Shown: one piece after another, positions 53,821-64,000 of the stretch
Position numbering within the stretch: position 1 is the stretch's first letter
How the letters are laid out: each line of letters opens with the position of its first letter
Origin: an uncultured delta proteobacterium
Lineage (GTDB): Bacteria > Desulfobacterota > Desulfuromonadia > Desulfuromonadales > BM103
NCBI GenBank assembly: GCA_963715335.1
Contig: CAVQRZ010000022.1
Location: 121,559-185,558 of the forward strand
Length of the DNA stretch: 64,000 nt
Direction of reading: 5' to 3'
Program-made: the position numbers and the translations under genes
Notes under the pieces: model-generated
Databases searched by the model: none
The model's input: the letters and a program-made list of their open reading frames with translations, nothing else
What the model was told of the DNA's origin: nothing

Positions 53821-54893
53821 TGAATAGCTGGCGATCAGACTACGTGCGCATGTCAACAGAGGGCCCTCAATCCGTACGGTCTTCACTTTTATACTGGGGG
53901 CTTTGCCCCCTGAGCTTTTTGTACGGCCTGGTTATGCGCGTGCGCAGCAAATTATACCGTGCTGGTCTCAAATCATCTTATCGTGCCTCCGTGCCGGTCA
54001 TCTCGGTCGGCAATATTGTCACCAGCGGGACCGGCAAGACGCCGATGGTTGATTTTTTGATTCGATATTGCTCCGGGCTTGGGGTCAGATGTGCCGTTGT
54101 CAGTCGCGGCTATGGGGGGAACTACAGCCAGGAGGTCGCCAGGGTTGTTGATGCTGACGGAACCGCGAGAATGGCGGCTGCTGAGAGCGGTGATGAGCCT
54201 TACTTGCTCGCCAGGCGCAATCCCGGGGTGCCGGTGTACGTCGCCAGGAAAAGAAGGCTTGGGGTCCAGGCCGCTGAAAAGGATGGTGCCCAGCTGATAC
54301 TCCTGGACGATGGTTTCCAGCATCTGGCAGTGCAACGGGTCGCAGATATTGTCCTGCTGGATGCGAGGCGCCCGTTTGGCAATGGGCGCTTGCTCCCTGC
54401 CGGGATACTACGGGAGCCCCGGTCGGCTTTGCATCGGGCAGACCTGATTGTCATGACCCGATCAGAGTTGAAAACCAGGGTTCCTTTGCCTTTCGCTGTT
54501 CCGGTTATGCGAAGCAGCCATCGGCTTGACAAGACCCTGTCGACCCTGGATGGAGAAGTTGTTCCGGAAGCCGACTATCAGGGCAAGAGCTGCCTTGCTT
54601 TCGCCGGGATCGCCCGGCCGGAGGAGTTTTTTCAATCATTGCATTGTTTTGGCTTTTCCAGGATCGAAGCGATCTCCCTTGCCGACCATCAGGAATACAA
54701 CCAGGATATCTTGAACCGTCTGCTTGGGTCATGCGATAATCACGACCTGCTGATTACGACCGAGAAGGATGCCGTCAAGCTGTCAGCCGAGGATTTTCCG
54801 AAACCATGCTATCAAGTCGGCGTCGAGATGGTTTTCGAGGACATATCTCCTCTTGCTGCCCTGCTTGATGAGGTCATGGCGAGATATCGATAG
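53820..54893 (+). CDS. lpxK: Tetraacyldisaccharide 4'-kinase
   Basis: VISVGN...GTGKTP, SRGYG, GDEP, DDGFQH, LLPAG.LRE and TTEKDAVK. Confidence 0.96.
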   Translation: MNSWRSDYVRMSTEGPQSVRSSLLYWGLCPLSFLYGLVMRVRSKLYRAGLKSSYRASVPVISVGNIVTSGTGKTPMVDFLIRYCSGLGVRCAVVSRGYGGNYSQEVARVVDADGTARMAAAESGDEPYLLARRNPGVPVYVARKRRLGVQAAEKDGAQLILLDDGFQHLAVQRVADIVLLDARRPFGNGRLLPAGILREPRSALHRADLIVMTRSELKTRVPLPFAVPVMRSSHRLDKTLSTLDGEVVPEADYQGKSCLAFAGIARPEEFFQSLHCFGFSRIEAISLADHQEYNQDILNRLLGSCDNHDLLITTEKDAVKLSAEDFPKPCYQVGVEMVFEDISPLAALLDEVMARYR

Positions 54894-54980
54894 CGTCTTC
54901 CCGATAACGGCTTGCAATCCAGGCCATGCTGATGAGCAAAGCAGCCGGTCGCAAAGATACCGGAAAGACGCGTCAGCCAG

Positions 54981-56031
54981 ATGGGTAATTCCACGGATTT
55001 GAAAGAACTGAAGCAAAAAGATATTCACCGAATTCTGGTGCGCACAACCAACTGGATCGGTGATGCAGTGATGACGTCCCCGGCCCTCAGGGCTGTCAGG
55101 GAGACGTTTCCCGATGCCTTTGTTGCGGTTGTGGCAAATCCGCTGGTGGCACAGTTGTTTGAATTCCACCCTGATTGCGATGAAGTCATCGTCTACGACA
55201 GACAGGGGCAGCATGCAGGGGTCAGTCGGCTTTTTACGTTTTGTTGCCCTGCTGCGCGGCAGGAAATTCGACTGCGCCATCCTGTTTCAAAATGCCATCG
55301 AGGCGGCTGTCATGGCTTTTCTTGCCGGGGTGCCAAGGCGGGTTGGCTATATCACGGATGGCCGTCGCCTGCTGCTGAATCACCCGGTACCAATCGGTGA
55401 TGAAGAGCTTACCCTGCATCACACGGATTACTACCTGCACATGCTCGCACAATGCGGCGTCACGGCCGGAGTCAAACAGCAGAGCCTGGCACTCAGACCA
55501 GACGAAGTCCGCTGGGCGGCCGAGACCCTGCCACAGGGGCGGTTTGCCGTCATCAACCCGGGAGCGGCCTACGGCTCGGCAAAACGCTGGATTCCCGAAC
55601 GGTTTGCCGCGGTTGCCGATGACCTGTCTGGCAGATACGGATTGTCAATCGTGCTGTCTGGCGGTCCTGGTGAGATGGAAATCGGTGCGGACATCGCAAA
55701 CGCCATGCGCTCAACGCAGCTGAACCTCATCGGCAAGACCAGTGTCCGGCAGATGATGGCTGTACTTGCCGCAAGCAGTTTGATGATTACCAATGATTCC
55801 GGACCGATGCATGTCGCCGCCGCTTTCGGTGTCCCCATGGTGGCTATTTTTGGCCCAACAGATCACACCACGACATCGCCCTGGGGAACGCGTGCGCAGA
55901 TTGTTCGTCACCCCGTCGAGTGTTCGCCCTGCATGCTGCGTCAGTGCCCTATCGACCACCGTTGCATGCAAAGGCTGACGGTTGAGGATGTCCTGTCTGC
56001 GGCCGCCGGTCTTTTGGGAGATGGTGCATGA
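54981..56031 (+). CDS. waaF: LPS heptosyltransferase II; frameshift at a G4 run (55218-55221)
   Basis: RILVRTTNWIGDAVM in the first ORF; NPGAAYGSAKRW, TNDSGPMH and IFGPT in the second. Removing one G joins them. Confidence 0.9.
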
Positions 56032-57071
56032 AAGTCCTTATCGTCAAGGTCAGTGCGCTCGGCGATATCATCCACGCCCTCCCGGTCCTTGCACACCTGC
56101 ATGCCGTGCAACCTGACATCACCGTTGACTGGTTGGTCGAAAGCAGCTTTGCTCCCTTACTGGAGAATCATCCGCTGTTGCGTCAAGTCGTCTGCCTGGA
56201 TACCCGCGGGTGGCGAAGACAGGGCCCGATGGCTGCAATACGAGGCTCATGGAGGGTTGGCCAACAGCTCCGGAAGGAGCAATACGACGTTGTTCTCGAT
56301 TTGCAGGGCAACAGTAAAAGCGGTCTCTTTACCTGGCTCAGTCGAGCTCCGCAAAGGTTCGGTTTTGACAGCAGTCAGGCCAGGGAATGGTTGAACACCC
56401 TGACGACCAACCGTAAAGTAAACATCCATCCGGAATGTCATCATATTTCGAGTCGTTATCTGCAGCTTGCCAAATATGCTTTCCCTGGTGATGCGAGCGT
56501 GCCGCTTTGCGGCCCTCTGCCTGTCCAGACCGGGCCGGCACAGGCTGTCACGGCAATGCTCAAGGAATACAATCTCACACCCGGAGATTTTCTGGTTGCG
56601 CATTACGGTACGACCTGGGAGACCAAGCTGTGGCCTCTTGAGAATTGGCTTGAATTGTCTCGAATGCTGGTTCTTGAACAAGAGCGGCAACTCGTACTGA
56701 CCTGGGGGAACGATGTTGAAAAGCGTGCCGCCGAGCGTATTGCGGAAGCATGTCAGGGCAAGGCTGTGATTTGGCCTCGTGGCACATTGCAGGAACTGGT
56801 TGCGCTGCTTGACGCCGCTCGTTTGGTGATCGGTGCTGATACCGGCCCGATTCATCTCGCGGCGGCAGTTGGTACTCCGACGGTCTCAATTTTCCGTGTT
56901 ACTGACAGCAGACGCAATGGTCCACCCGATGACGGACATATTAGCATTCAGGCGCCAATGAGTTGTTCACCCTGCCTGCGCAAATCCTGCGACCTGGATC
57001 GCGAATGCGGCCGGAGCGTGACGGTCGCCGCCGTCAATGATGCAGTGAAAAAGTTGCTCGGCTCGAAATAA
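56028..57071 (+). CDS. waaC: LPS heptosyltransferase I
   Basis: MKVLIVKVSALGDIIH, DLQG..KS, K.WP, L.WG...E and DTGPIHLAAA. Confidence 0.92.
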   Translation: MKVLIVKVSALGDIIHALPVLAHLHAVQPDITVDWLVESSFAPLLENHPLLRQVVCLDTRGWRRQGPMAAIRGSWRVGQQLRKEQYDVVLDLQGNSKSGLFTWLSRAPQRFGFDSSQAREWLNTLTTNRKVNIHPECHHISSRYLQLAKYAFPGDASVPLCGPLPVQTGPAQAVTAMLKEYNLTPGDFLVAHYGTTWETKLWPLENWLELSRMLVLEQERQLVLTWGNDVEKRAAERIAEACQGKAVIWPRGTLQELVALLDAARLVIGADTGPIHLAAAVGTPTVSIFRVTDSRRNGPPDDGHISIQAPMSCSPCLRKSCDLDRECGRSVTVAAVNDAVKKLLGSK

Positions 57072-57092
57072 ACCTGGAAAGACGGTATTGCT

Positions 57093-58226
57093 ATGAAGCT
57101 GGCCTTCTGTCTGTATGAATTCTTCCCATTCGGGGGCTTGCAACGTGATTTTCTCAAGATCACAACTATAGCTCTGGAGAGAGGACATACGGTTCGCATT
57201 CTGACCATGGATTGGCAGGGTGAGGTCCCTAAAGAATTGGACGTTCAGGTGATACCGCATTCTGCCGTATCGAATCACCGGCGTTGTTTGAAGTTCACAC
57301 GGACAATTACAGACTTATTACCGCAGATATCCTGTGACGCTGTGGTTGGGTTCAATAAAATGCCCGGTCTTGATATTTATTATGCCGCCGATTCCTGTTA
57401 CCAGGCCAGGATAAGAAGTACTCGAAGTTGTGCTTATCGGTTGATGGGACGTTACAGAGCCTACGCCGGCTTTGAAAAGGCGGTCTTTGCTCCAGAATCA
57501 AAGACTGAAATCCTCTTGTTGTCTCCACAGGAGAAACAAAAGTTTATCGACTGTTACGGGACACAGAAAGAGAGGTTTCACCTGCTTCCTCCGGGGATCT
57601 CTAAAGACCGGTTTCGTCCCGCCAACGCGCAGACCATAAGAGCTGAAGTCAGGAATGAGCTTGGTTTGACAAAAGACCATCTCATGTTGCTTATGGTTGG
57701 CTCACATTTCCAGACAAAAGGTGTCGACCGCGCAATCAGTGCCGTGGCAAGTTTGCCTGAGAATTTACGCGACCGGATCAGGCTGTTCATTATAGGCCAT
57801 GGCAAAATAGATTCTTTTACCACCTTTGCACAAAAAATGAATCTTGCCAGCCAGGTTAGTTTTCTCGGTGGTCGTGATGATGTGCCACGTTTTTTGCTTG
57901 CTGCAGACCTTTTGATGCATACGGCGCGCACTGAAAATACCGGGACGGCTCTGGTTGAGGCGATGGCTGCAGGCCTCCCCGTCGTCGTTACGGAAAATTG
58001 CGGTTATGCTTTTCATGTCAAGGAAGCAGGCGCCGGAAAAGTAGTGCCAATGCCTTTCCGGCAAGAAACCTTGAACAATACCCTTAATGAGCTACTCTCC
58101 TCTTCTGATCTGGGCAGATTGGCTGAAAACGGTGTTCAATATGCCGCCCGAAGTGATATGTCGGGTCTGCATGACAAGGCCGTTGATATCATTGAAGATG
58201 TCGCCCTCAGGAAGCAGCAGCGATGA
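57093..58226 (+). CDS. waaG: GT4 LPS core glycosyltransferase (WaaG/WapG-like)
   Basis: FFPFGGLQRDF, GFNKMPGLD.YYAAD, KGVDR and ENTGT.L.EA. Confidence 0.9.
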   Translation: MKLAFCLYEFFPFGGLQRDFLKITTIALERGHTVRILTMDWQGEVPKELDVQVIPHSAVSNHRRCLKFTRTITDLLPQISCDAVVGFNKMPGLDIYYAADSCYQARIRSTRSCAYRLMGRYRAYAGFEKAVFAPESKTEILLLSPQEKQKFIDCYGTQKERFHLLPPGISKDRFRPANAQTIRAEVRNELGLTKDHLMLLMVGSHFQTKGVDRAISAVASLPENLRDRIRLFIIGHGKIDSFTTFAQKMNLASQVSFLGGRDDVPRFLLAADLLMHTARTENTGTALVEAMAAGLPVVVTENCGYAFHVKEAGAGKVVPMPFRQETLNNTLNELLSSSDLGRLAENGVQYAARSDMSGLHDKAVDIIEDVALRKQQR

Positions 58227-59035
58227 TCACTCTCTGTCCTGCACTACAATCCAGGTTCACCGGCAAAGATGCTTTCGAGCAGATCCTTGCCATGGACGGC
58301 AAAATTTACCGCAACTTCAAGGGACGAAAAACTTTGCGCTTTGAGCACGAAGGTAAGGGCTATTTTCTGAAAATTCACCCGGGAGTCGGGTGGAATGAGA
58401 TTTTCAAATCTTTTGTGAGTTTCAGAGCCCCTGTTCTGGGTGCCCAGGTCGAGTATAAGGCAATACAGGCTCTGAAGAAGATTGGTCTTCAGACCATGAC
58501 CGTTTCTGGCTTCGGTCTGCGTGGTACTAATCCGGCCAAATTGCAGTCTTTTATCATCACGGAAGAAATCGAAAATGCTGTCAGCCTGGAAGAGCTTGCT
58601 TTGAAAAGTGAAGAATATCTCCTGACGCCACGCATGAAACGTTCGATAGTGATCAAGGTTGCCGAAATTGCGCGGAACATGCACCAGAATGGAGTGAATC
58701 ATCGGGATTTCTATATCTGCCACTTCTTGCTACGGAAAACATGGCTGAATCAGGAAAACAACGCCTCCGAGCCCCCTCTGTACGTCATCGATCTCCACCG
58801 TACTCAGGTTCGTTGCCGGATTCCATCGCGCTGGTTGGAGAAAGACCTTTCAGGGTTACACTTCTCGAGTATGGATGCCGGATTGACGACGCGTGATCGA
58901 TTGCGTTTTATCTGCTGCTACGAGAACAGGTCTCTTCGTCAGGTCGTTAAAGAACTCAATACTTTTTGGTCAAGGATAGATAGAAAAGCGATCAAGCTAT
59001 ACAGGAAATTCCAAAAGCATTATGGGTGGCACTAA
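58223..59035 (+). CDS. waaP: LPS core heptose kinase
   Basis: GRKTLRF, YFLKIH.G.GW.E, NHRDFYICHFL, IDLHR and KDL..L.FS. Confidence 0.93.
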   Translation: MITLCPALQSRFTGKDAFEQILAMDGKIYRNFKGRKTLRFEHEGKGYFLKIHPGVGWNEIFKSFVSFRAPVLGAQVEYKAIQALKKIGLQTMTVSGFGLRGTNPAKLQSFIITEEIENAVSLEELALKSEEYLLTPRMKRSIVIKVAEIARNMHQNGVNHRDFYICHFLLRKTWLNQENNASEPPLYVIDLHRTQVRCRIPSRWLEKDLSGLHFSSMDAGLTTRDRLRFICCYENRSLRQVVKELNTFWSRIDRKAIKLYRKFQKHYGWH

Positions 59036-59158
59036 AATAGGGAGGTATACACTCGCACGCTACCCATAATCTGAATGAGAAAGAACCACTTAATACGCAG
59101 GGCTTTCACATGGCGATTATGATACATTTAAAAATTTCGGGAGACACTTGCTTGAGAA

Positions 59159-59187
59159 ATAGCCACGCAAGATAGTTGTGTGGCTAT
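59159..59187. other. Intergenic hairpin
   Basis: ATAGCCACGCAA-gatag-TTGTGTGGCTAT (12 bp with one G-T pair); no U tail. Confidence 0.5.
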
Positions 59188-59272
59188 AGGTGTATGCAGG
59201 AGCAAGGGAGACCTAGAAAGATTCCCTACTTCGAGAAAAATTTGACCCCTCATAAAAACAAGGCTTCATCTC

Positions 59273-60826
59273 GTGGCTAAATCGCTGACAGATAAATTTA
59301 TGTATGCATTTTGCAAGATGGAAGAGCGGCCGATGTTTTGTCTGATCGTTCTACTTGGCTTCTCCCTGTTGATTAAGGCTGTCATGATTTATCAGGCCGA
59401 TATCCTGAATCGCGACGCTATCCGCTACATTAACTCTGCTCACGAACTCTTCCAGGGGAATATTGCTGCGTCCTTTGCCTACGAAAAAATGATGGGCTTT
59501 ACTTTCTTGCTCGGGTTGACGCATTTGCTCATCACTGACTGGTTTCTTGCTGCAAAGGTGCTGTCGGGAATTGCGCTGGTTTTGACAACTATTCCCTTGT
59601 ATCTGATTTCCCAGGAACTTTTTGGAAGAAGATCTGCTTTTTGCACGGCACTGGTATTCAGTGTTGTTCCGTCCATTAGCGGGAGATGTACCTCTGTAAT
59701 TAAGGACCCGTCATTTTTGTTTTTGACCGTATTGTCTTTGTGGCTGGTCCTCTATGCTTATAAAGAATCGAACTGGTTCTTTACCCTGATTGCGGGCTTC
59801 TTCTGTTGCTTATCCGTTCTGATCCGTCCGGAAGGTGTCGTTTTCTTTGCATCGGTTGGGTCTTTTCTACTGTTCTCTTTAGCTTTTATGGCAGACAGTC
59901 GTAAATTGAACTTTAAGCACTTGTTGGCGTTCTGTGCAGTACCTTTGACAGCCCTGTTGCTGGTCGCTATACCATTTGTCACCGGAATGGTCCCTTCGGA
60001 AACTTTGCCAAAAATATATGATAAATTTGCTCATTATTTTCAAAGTAGTCCGATGCGCAACTATAGGAATATTTATCAACATCTTAAAGATGTAGAAGAA
60101 AGCTTTCCCGGGGGTCAATGGACGAACGATTTTTTTGAGTACGCAAGGTACAATATGTACCTGGTCTATTTAGTTGGTATGATGCAAACTTTTTTTAAGT
60201 CATTGTACCCGGTATTTGTCGTGCCGTTAATCTTCGGCCTGAACCTGAGAAATAAATGGAACAGGCAAACCTTTTTGTTTTTGACTGTACTGGGGGCCTT
60301 TTTCCTGACGGATTATTTTTTCTTGGTATCGAACAATTTTCTGTCCGCTCGATATCTGCTTGTTCTGGTCGTGTTGAGTCTGGTTTTAGTCGGATTTGGT
60401 ATGGATCGCATGATCACCCACCTCTACGACTTTCGATACCGTAGAATTGCTTTTTCAGTTGCGATCATTCTCTGCTTCCTGATGCCTCTTGGGGAGTCCC
60501 TGTTGAAAGGAGCGGATGAAAAAATGGAAGTCAAGGACGCCGGTCTCTGGTTGCGTGACAACAGAGACCTGTCTAAGAAAAGAATGATCGTGACTGACGA
60601 AAGGATCGCTTATTACGCCGGTCTTATGCGAGGTGATTATGATGCTTTTCAAGGCGAAAGAGAAAAACAGTTTGAGCAAGAAGCCTTATCGGCAGGTTGT
60701 GACATTATCGTGATCTATGCGAGAACGGGAGAAGTTGAATATCTAGCTGATTTTAAGCAATTTGTTCTCGTAGAGAAGTTTTCCGGGGACAAAAACGTAG
60801 CATTGGTTTATGAGAGGAAAACATGA
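59273..60826 (+). CDS. Multi-pass GT-C-type (ArnT/PMT-like) membrane glycosyltransferase
   Basis: About 11-13 TM segments, early NRDAIRY loop, KDP, IRPEG and ARYL motifs, soluble C-terminal domain; visibly AT-richer than the neighbours. Confidence 0.7.
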   Translation: MAKSLTDKFMYAFCKMEERPMFCLIVLLGFSLLIKAVMIYQADILNRDAIRYINSAHELFQGNIAASFAYEKMMGFTFLLGLTHLLITDWFLAAKVLSGIALVLTTIPLYLISQELFGRRSAFCTALVFSVVPSISGRCTSVIKDPSFLFLTVLSLWLVLYAYKESNWFFTLIAGFFCCLSVLIRPEGVVFFASVGSFLLFSLAFMADSRKLNFKHLLAFCAVPLTALLLVAIPFVTGMVPSETLPKIYDKFAHYFQSSPMRNYRNIYQHLKDVEESFPGGQWTNDFFEYARYNMYLVYLVGMMQTFFKSLYPVFVVPLIFGLNLRNKWNRQTFLFLTVLGAFFLTDYFFLVSNNFLSARYLLVLVVLSLVLVGFGMDRMITHLYDFRYRRIAFSVAIILCFLMPLGESLLKGADEKMEVKDAGLWLRDNRDLSKKRMIVTDERIAYYAGLMRGDYDAFQGEREKQFEQEALSAGCDIIVIYARTGEVEYLADFKQFVLVEKFSGDKNVALVYERKT

Positions 60827-61398
60827 TTGAGGACGAAATAAATCAACATTTGAAAGCGCACATCGACATCGTCAACACTGTCGGAGATCAACTCGTCGGT
60901 TCGATTTCTGAAAGTGCCCAAATGCTAATTTCTGCCCTAAAGGATGGTCGCAAAATCTTGACCATGGGTAACGGTGGCTCTGCTGCTGATTCACAGCATT
61001 TTGCCGCGGAGATGGTCGGGCGTTTTCTCATGGAGCGGAAGGCTCTGCCGGCGATCGCATTGACGACAGATACCTCAATTCTAACGGCCGTTGCCAATGA
61101 TTATGGTTATGATGAGGTGTTCAGCCGACAGGTTGAGGCGCTTGCGAACCCAGGAGATATTTTAATCGGGATCTCCACCAGCGGGAATTCCCTTAACGTT
61201 AAACGCGCCCTTGAAGCAGGCAAAAGAGCTGGCGCCAAGACGATTGGGTTGCTCGGGCATGATGGTGGTGAAATCGGATCCATAGTTGATCTTGCCCTGA
61301 CAGTTCCTAGTTTTGAAACTCCGAGGGTTCAGGAGGCACACCTGGTTATTATCCATATTCTTTGTGACCTGGTTGAAAAGGGTCTTTTTCAATCCTGA
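60823..61398 (+). CDS. gmhA: Sedoheptulose-7-phosphate isomerase
   Basis: [30 protein letters not shown] and RVQEAH. Confidence 0.97.
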   Translation: MIEDEINQHLKAHIDIVNTVGDQLVGSISESAQMLISALKDGRKILTMGNGGSAADSQHFAAEMVGRFLMERKALPAIALTTDTSILTAVANDYGYDEVFSRQVEALANPGDILIGISTSGNSLNVKRALEAGKRAGAKTIGLLGHDGGEIGSIVDLALTVPSFETPRVQEAHLVIIHILCDLVEKGLFQS

Positions 61399-61424
61399 CT
61401 CTGTGGGGTCCGGATGTTGATGAA

Positions 61425-62117
61425 ATGGAGATTTCTCTCCCCTTGAAATGTCTCACCCTGGAAAAGTATCAACAATTTGTCGCGAACTCTGCGATTCTGG
61501 AACAGGACAGTTACGGCGTCAAGGTCCTTGAGACCCCTGAAGGCTTGATCGTCAAACTTTTCCGCAGAAAAAGGTTTCTTTCTTCGGCAATCTTCAAACC
61601 GTACGCGGCGCGTTTTATCAAAAATGCAAATCGTCTGAAATCTCTCGGGATAAGGACCGTTAGTATTGAAGCTGTCTATCGTTGCGCGCCGATCGAACGA
61701 TCCCTCGTTGTTTATCGCCCTGTCCCCGGGCGAACACTCAGGAGTGCGCTTCACAATGCCGCAGACTTTGAGAGGCTTATGGAACAGTACGCAGCCTTCC
61801 TGGCAGAGCTCCACGACAAGGGAGTCTTGTTTCGTTCTATCCATTTTAACAACGTGATTGTCCCTGAGTCTTCGGGCAATCTGGGTCTGATTGATATCGC
61901 TGACATGAAAATCTTCAGCAGAGGGTTGTCTTTCAGCCGGCGCATGAGAAATATCAGGCATCTGACACGTTACAGTGAAGATCGCCAGTCTATCAGGGCT
62001 TTCGGTATTGAGCGATTTGTCGACATCTATGCCAATGCGGCTAGACTGGCAGATATGCACAAGAAGGCTTTTCTGGTGAAGATGCAATCTGTCATCGATG
62101 CAGATGGAAACCCCTGA
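61425..62117 (+). CDS. Kdo/WaaP-like LPS kinase family protein
   Basis: KLFRRKR..SS, LH.KGV.FRS.H..NV and LIDIAD. Confidence 0.75.
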   Translation: MEISLPLKCLTLEKYQQFVANSAILEQDSYGVKVLETPEGLIVKLFRRKRFLSSAIFKPYAARFIKNANRLKSLGIRTVSIEAVYRCAPIERSLVVYRPVPGRTLRSALHNAADFERLMEQYAAFLAELHDKGVLFRSIHFNNVIVPESSGNLGLIDIADMKIFSRGLSFSRRMRNIRHLTRYSEDRQSIRAFGIERFVDIYANAARLADMHKKAFLVKMQSVIDADGNP

Positions 62118-62185
62118 GTTACGATCCGGAGAGCCCGTTATTGTCCGGTTTCTTTAGCCCGAGATGAACATTAAACTGATCTGAA

Positions 62186-63601
62186 ATGGCTTATTCCAAG
62201 AACGACTTACCCTTTACACTCGACCTGAAAAGCCTTCACGGCCAGGACTCGGTATTGTGCGAACGCCTCTTGCGGGATCTGCACGGCAAGCGCAAAGTCT
62301 TTAAAGGCTTATGGGGGCAGCGCAACGTGATTGTCAAACTTTTTCTCGACCCAAAAACAGCACGTCGACATTGGGGTCGGGAGAAAATCGGCGTCGAAGC
62401 ATTGCAAAAATCTTCTGTCCCTACGCCCGAGCTTCTTTTCGCCGGGCAATTGTGTGATGCAACGCCGGCCCTGATCTTCGATTTCCTGCCCGAAGCACAA
62501 ACTTCCCTGCAGGTATGGGACAGCCTGACAACCCAGGAGCAAAGGTCTGATTTCCTGCTCCAGCTTGTCGCGGTCATTGCCGGTCTACATGATTCCGGTC
62601 TTGTCCAGGAGGATCTCCATCTGGAGAACTTCCTGGTTTCAGATGGGAAAATCTATGCGATCGATGGTGATGCAATCAACAACAAGGGCCAGGGTAGAGC
62701 TCTTGCTGATGCCGTTAGCAGCAGAAACCTGGCGCTGTTTTTTGCGCAGTTCTCCCCAGCGGTTGATTGCCTGGTTGAGCGTGTGGTAAGACGCTATGCT
62801 GAACAGCGTAAGATTGCTGCGGCAGAAATTATGGCCCGCCTGTCAACGGAACTGCCGGAAGCACGGCGTCGACGTCGGCATAAATATGTCAAAAAATGTT
62901 ATCGGAGTTGCAGCGAATTCAAAAGAACACGGCAGCCTGGCCAGGTCGCTATTGCACGCCGAGACCAGCAGGGTCTGCCCCTTGCCGCGTTTTTCGCCGA
63001 TCCTGATGCCTTTATGGCCAAAGGAGTTCCAGTAAAAGCCGGCGCCAGCTCCACAATCGTGCGGGTCAATGGCAACGGCTATGACTGGATTGTGAAACGC
63101 TACAACATCAAAAGTTCGTGGCATGCTCTCAGTCGCTGCCTGCGACCGACCCGCGCCTGGATCTCCTGGGGCAATGCGCATCGGCTGAGGGCTTCCGGTT
63201 TGGACAACCCCAGGGCTATTGCTGTTATTGAGAAACGTTTTGGCCCTTTCCGTTCAAAGGGTTATTATGTCTGCGAGCACATCGCTGCGCCGCGTGCCGG
63301 AGCTTTTTTTCTCGATGACTCCGTGCCCGCTGCCGAGAAGCAGCAGGTTCGAGATGCGTTCGTACAGATGTTCGAACAGTTTTTCAAGCTTGGGATTTGC
63401 CACGGCGACTGCAAGGCTGCCAATTTTCTAATCCTGAATAAGGTTCCCTGGATCCTTGATCTGGATGCCATGCGGGAATATCGTCCAGGGCCGCGTTACA
63501 ACAAACTTTATCAAGGGGACAGAGAGCGTTTCCTGCGCAACTGGCAGTCTCAGCCTGAACTGCAGCGCTGGTTTGATGACCACCTGCCCAAAGGTTCTTA
63601 A
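62186..63601 (+). CDS. Two-domain LPS kinase (InaA/WaaP-like)
   Basis: Two kinase-like halves: VKLF...QEDLHLENFL...IDGD and VKRYN...HGDCKAANFL...LDLD. Confidence 0.8.
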   Translation: MAYSKNDLPFTLDLKSLHGQDSVLCERLLRDLHGKRKVFKGLWGQRNVIVKLFLDPKTARRHWGREKIGVEALQKSSVPTPELLFAGQLCDATPALIFDFLPEAQTSLQVWDSLTTQEQRSDFLLQLVAVIAGLHDSGLVQEDLHLENFLVSDGKIYAIDGDAINNKGQGRALADAVSSRNLALFFAQFSPAVDCLVERVVRRYAEQRKIAAAEIMARLSTELPEARRRRRHKYVKKCYRSCSEFKRTRQPGQVAIARRDQQGLPLAAFFADPDAFMAKGVPVKAGASSTIVRVNGNGYDWIVKRYNIKSSWHALSRCLRPTRAWISWGNAHRLRASGLDNPRAIAVIEKRFGPFRSKGYYVCEHIAAPRAGAFFLDDSVPAAEKQQVRDAFVQMFEQFFKLGICHGDCKAANFLILNKVPWILDLDAMREYRPGPRYNKLYQGDRERFLRNWQSQPELQRWFDDHLPKGS

Positions 63602-63628
63602 ATTTTACATTCGGGAGAATTATATCCT

Positions 63629-64000
63629 ATGCCAAAAGTCATTCTCGGCCTTTCCGGCGCATTGACCCACGATCCCTCCGCCGCCTTGTATATAGATGAT
63701 AAACTGGTCGCTGCTGCCGAAGAGGAGCGTTTTCTCCGCGACAAGCACGCCAAAAACCGTATGCCTCTGGAGTCGACCCGGTTCTGTCTCGAATACGCTG
63801 GCATCAAGCCGGAAGAAGTCGATATCGTTGCCTTCCCCTATGCCAAGATTAGCCTCAAGGGTCCCGAACGCTGGCATTTCGCCAAACGCTACTGGTACGC
63901 CCCCGATCGTGCGTTGACGGCCCTGTTCAACGGCAACCGCCGCTATCACCGCAATGTTTCGAGAGTGAGGGAGATGTTGGGCCAGGTTGGCATCCGCTGG
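63629..64000 (+). CDS. Carbamoyltransferase (NodU/CmcH family), 3'-truncated; absent from the ORF track
   Basis: Manual translation from ATG 63629: MPKVILGLSGALTHDPSAALYIDDKLVAAAEEERFLRDKH...; open to the window end. Confidence 0.92.
   Translation, partial: MPKVILGLSGALTHDPSAALYIDDKLVAAAEEERFLRDKHAKNRMPLESTRFCLEYAGIKPEEVDIVAFPYAKISLKGPERWHFAKRYWYAPDRALTALFNGNRRYHRNVSRVREMLGQVGIRW

Overview
This 64-kb window reads as core chromosome of a Desulfuromonadales/Geobacter-like deltaproteobacterium; that assignment is inferred from gene content and order. From left to right it contains: a 5'-truncated multi-PAS sensor kinase; a small chemotaxis-type block (cheB, a kinase lacking its phospho-His, cheD); acnB; a CBS/DUF294 gene; speB, bioA, DedA, HD, MFS and ferredoxin genes; a two-component system with a sigma-54 promoter driving a type IV minor-pilin/PilY1 module (pilV-pilW-pilX-orf-pilY1-Ig lipoprotein-fimT/U, then an HtrA-like protease); a ~680-bp nested inverted-repeat element; eno; the phoH-HD-ybeY-dgkA-corC-lnt-prfB-lysS-lolE/D-bamA-skp-lpxD-fabZ-lpxA-lpxB-msbA-waaA-lpxK run; and a Pseudomonas-like LPS core cluster (waaF, waaC, waaG, waaP, two more kinases, a carbamoyltransferase). 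Best candidates for something new: (1) a free-standing secreted paralog of a Cys-containing module inserted in PilY1, plus thrombospondin-3 repeats inside the PilY1 vWA domain; (2) a dispersed family of 7- and 8-nt-period inverted repeat arrays at nine gene junctions; (3) the three-layer nested palindromic element; (4) the His-less kinase between cheB and cheD. Seven apparent frameshifts beyond the programmed prfB one may be sequencing errors. No rRNA, tRNA, CRISPR array or transposase was recognised.
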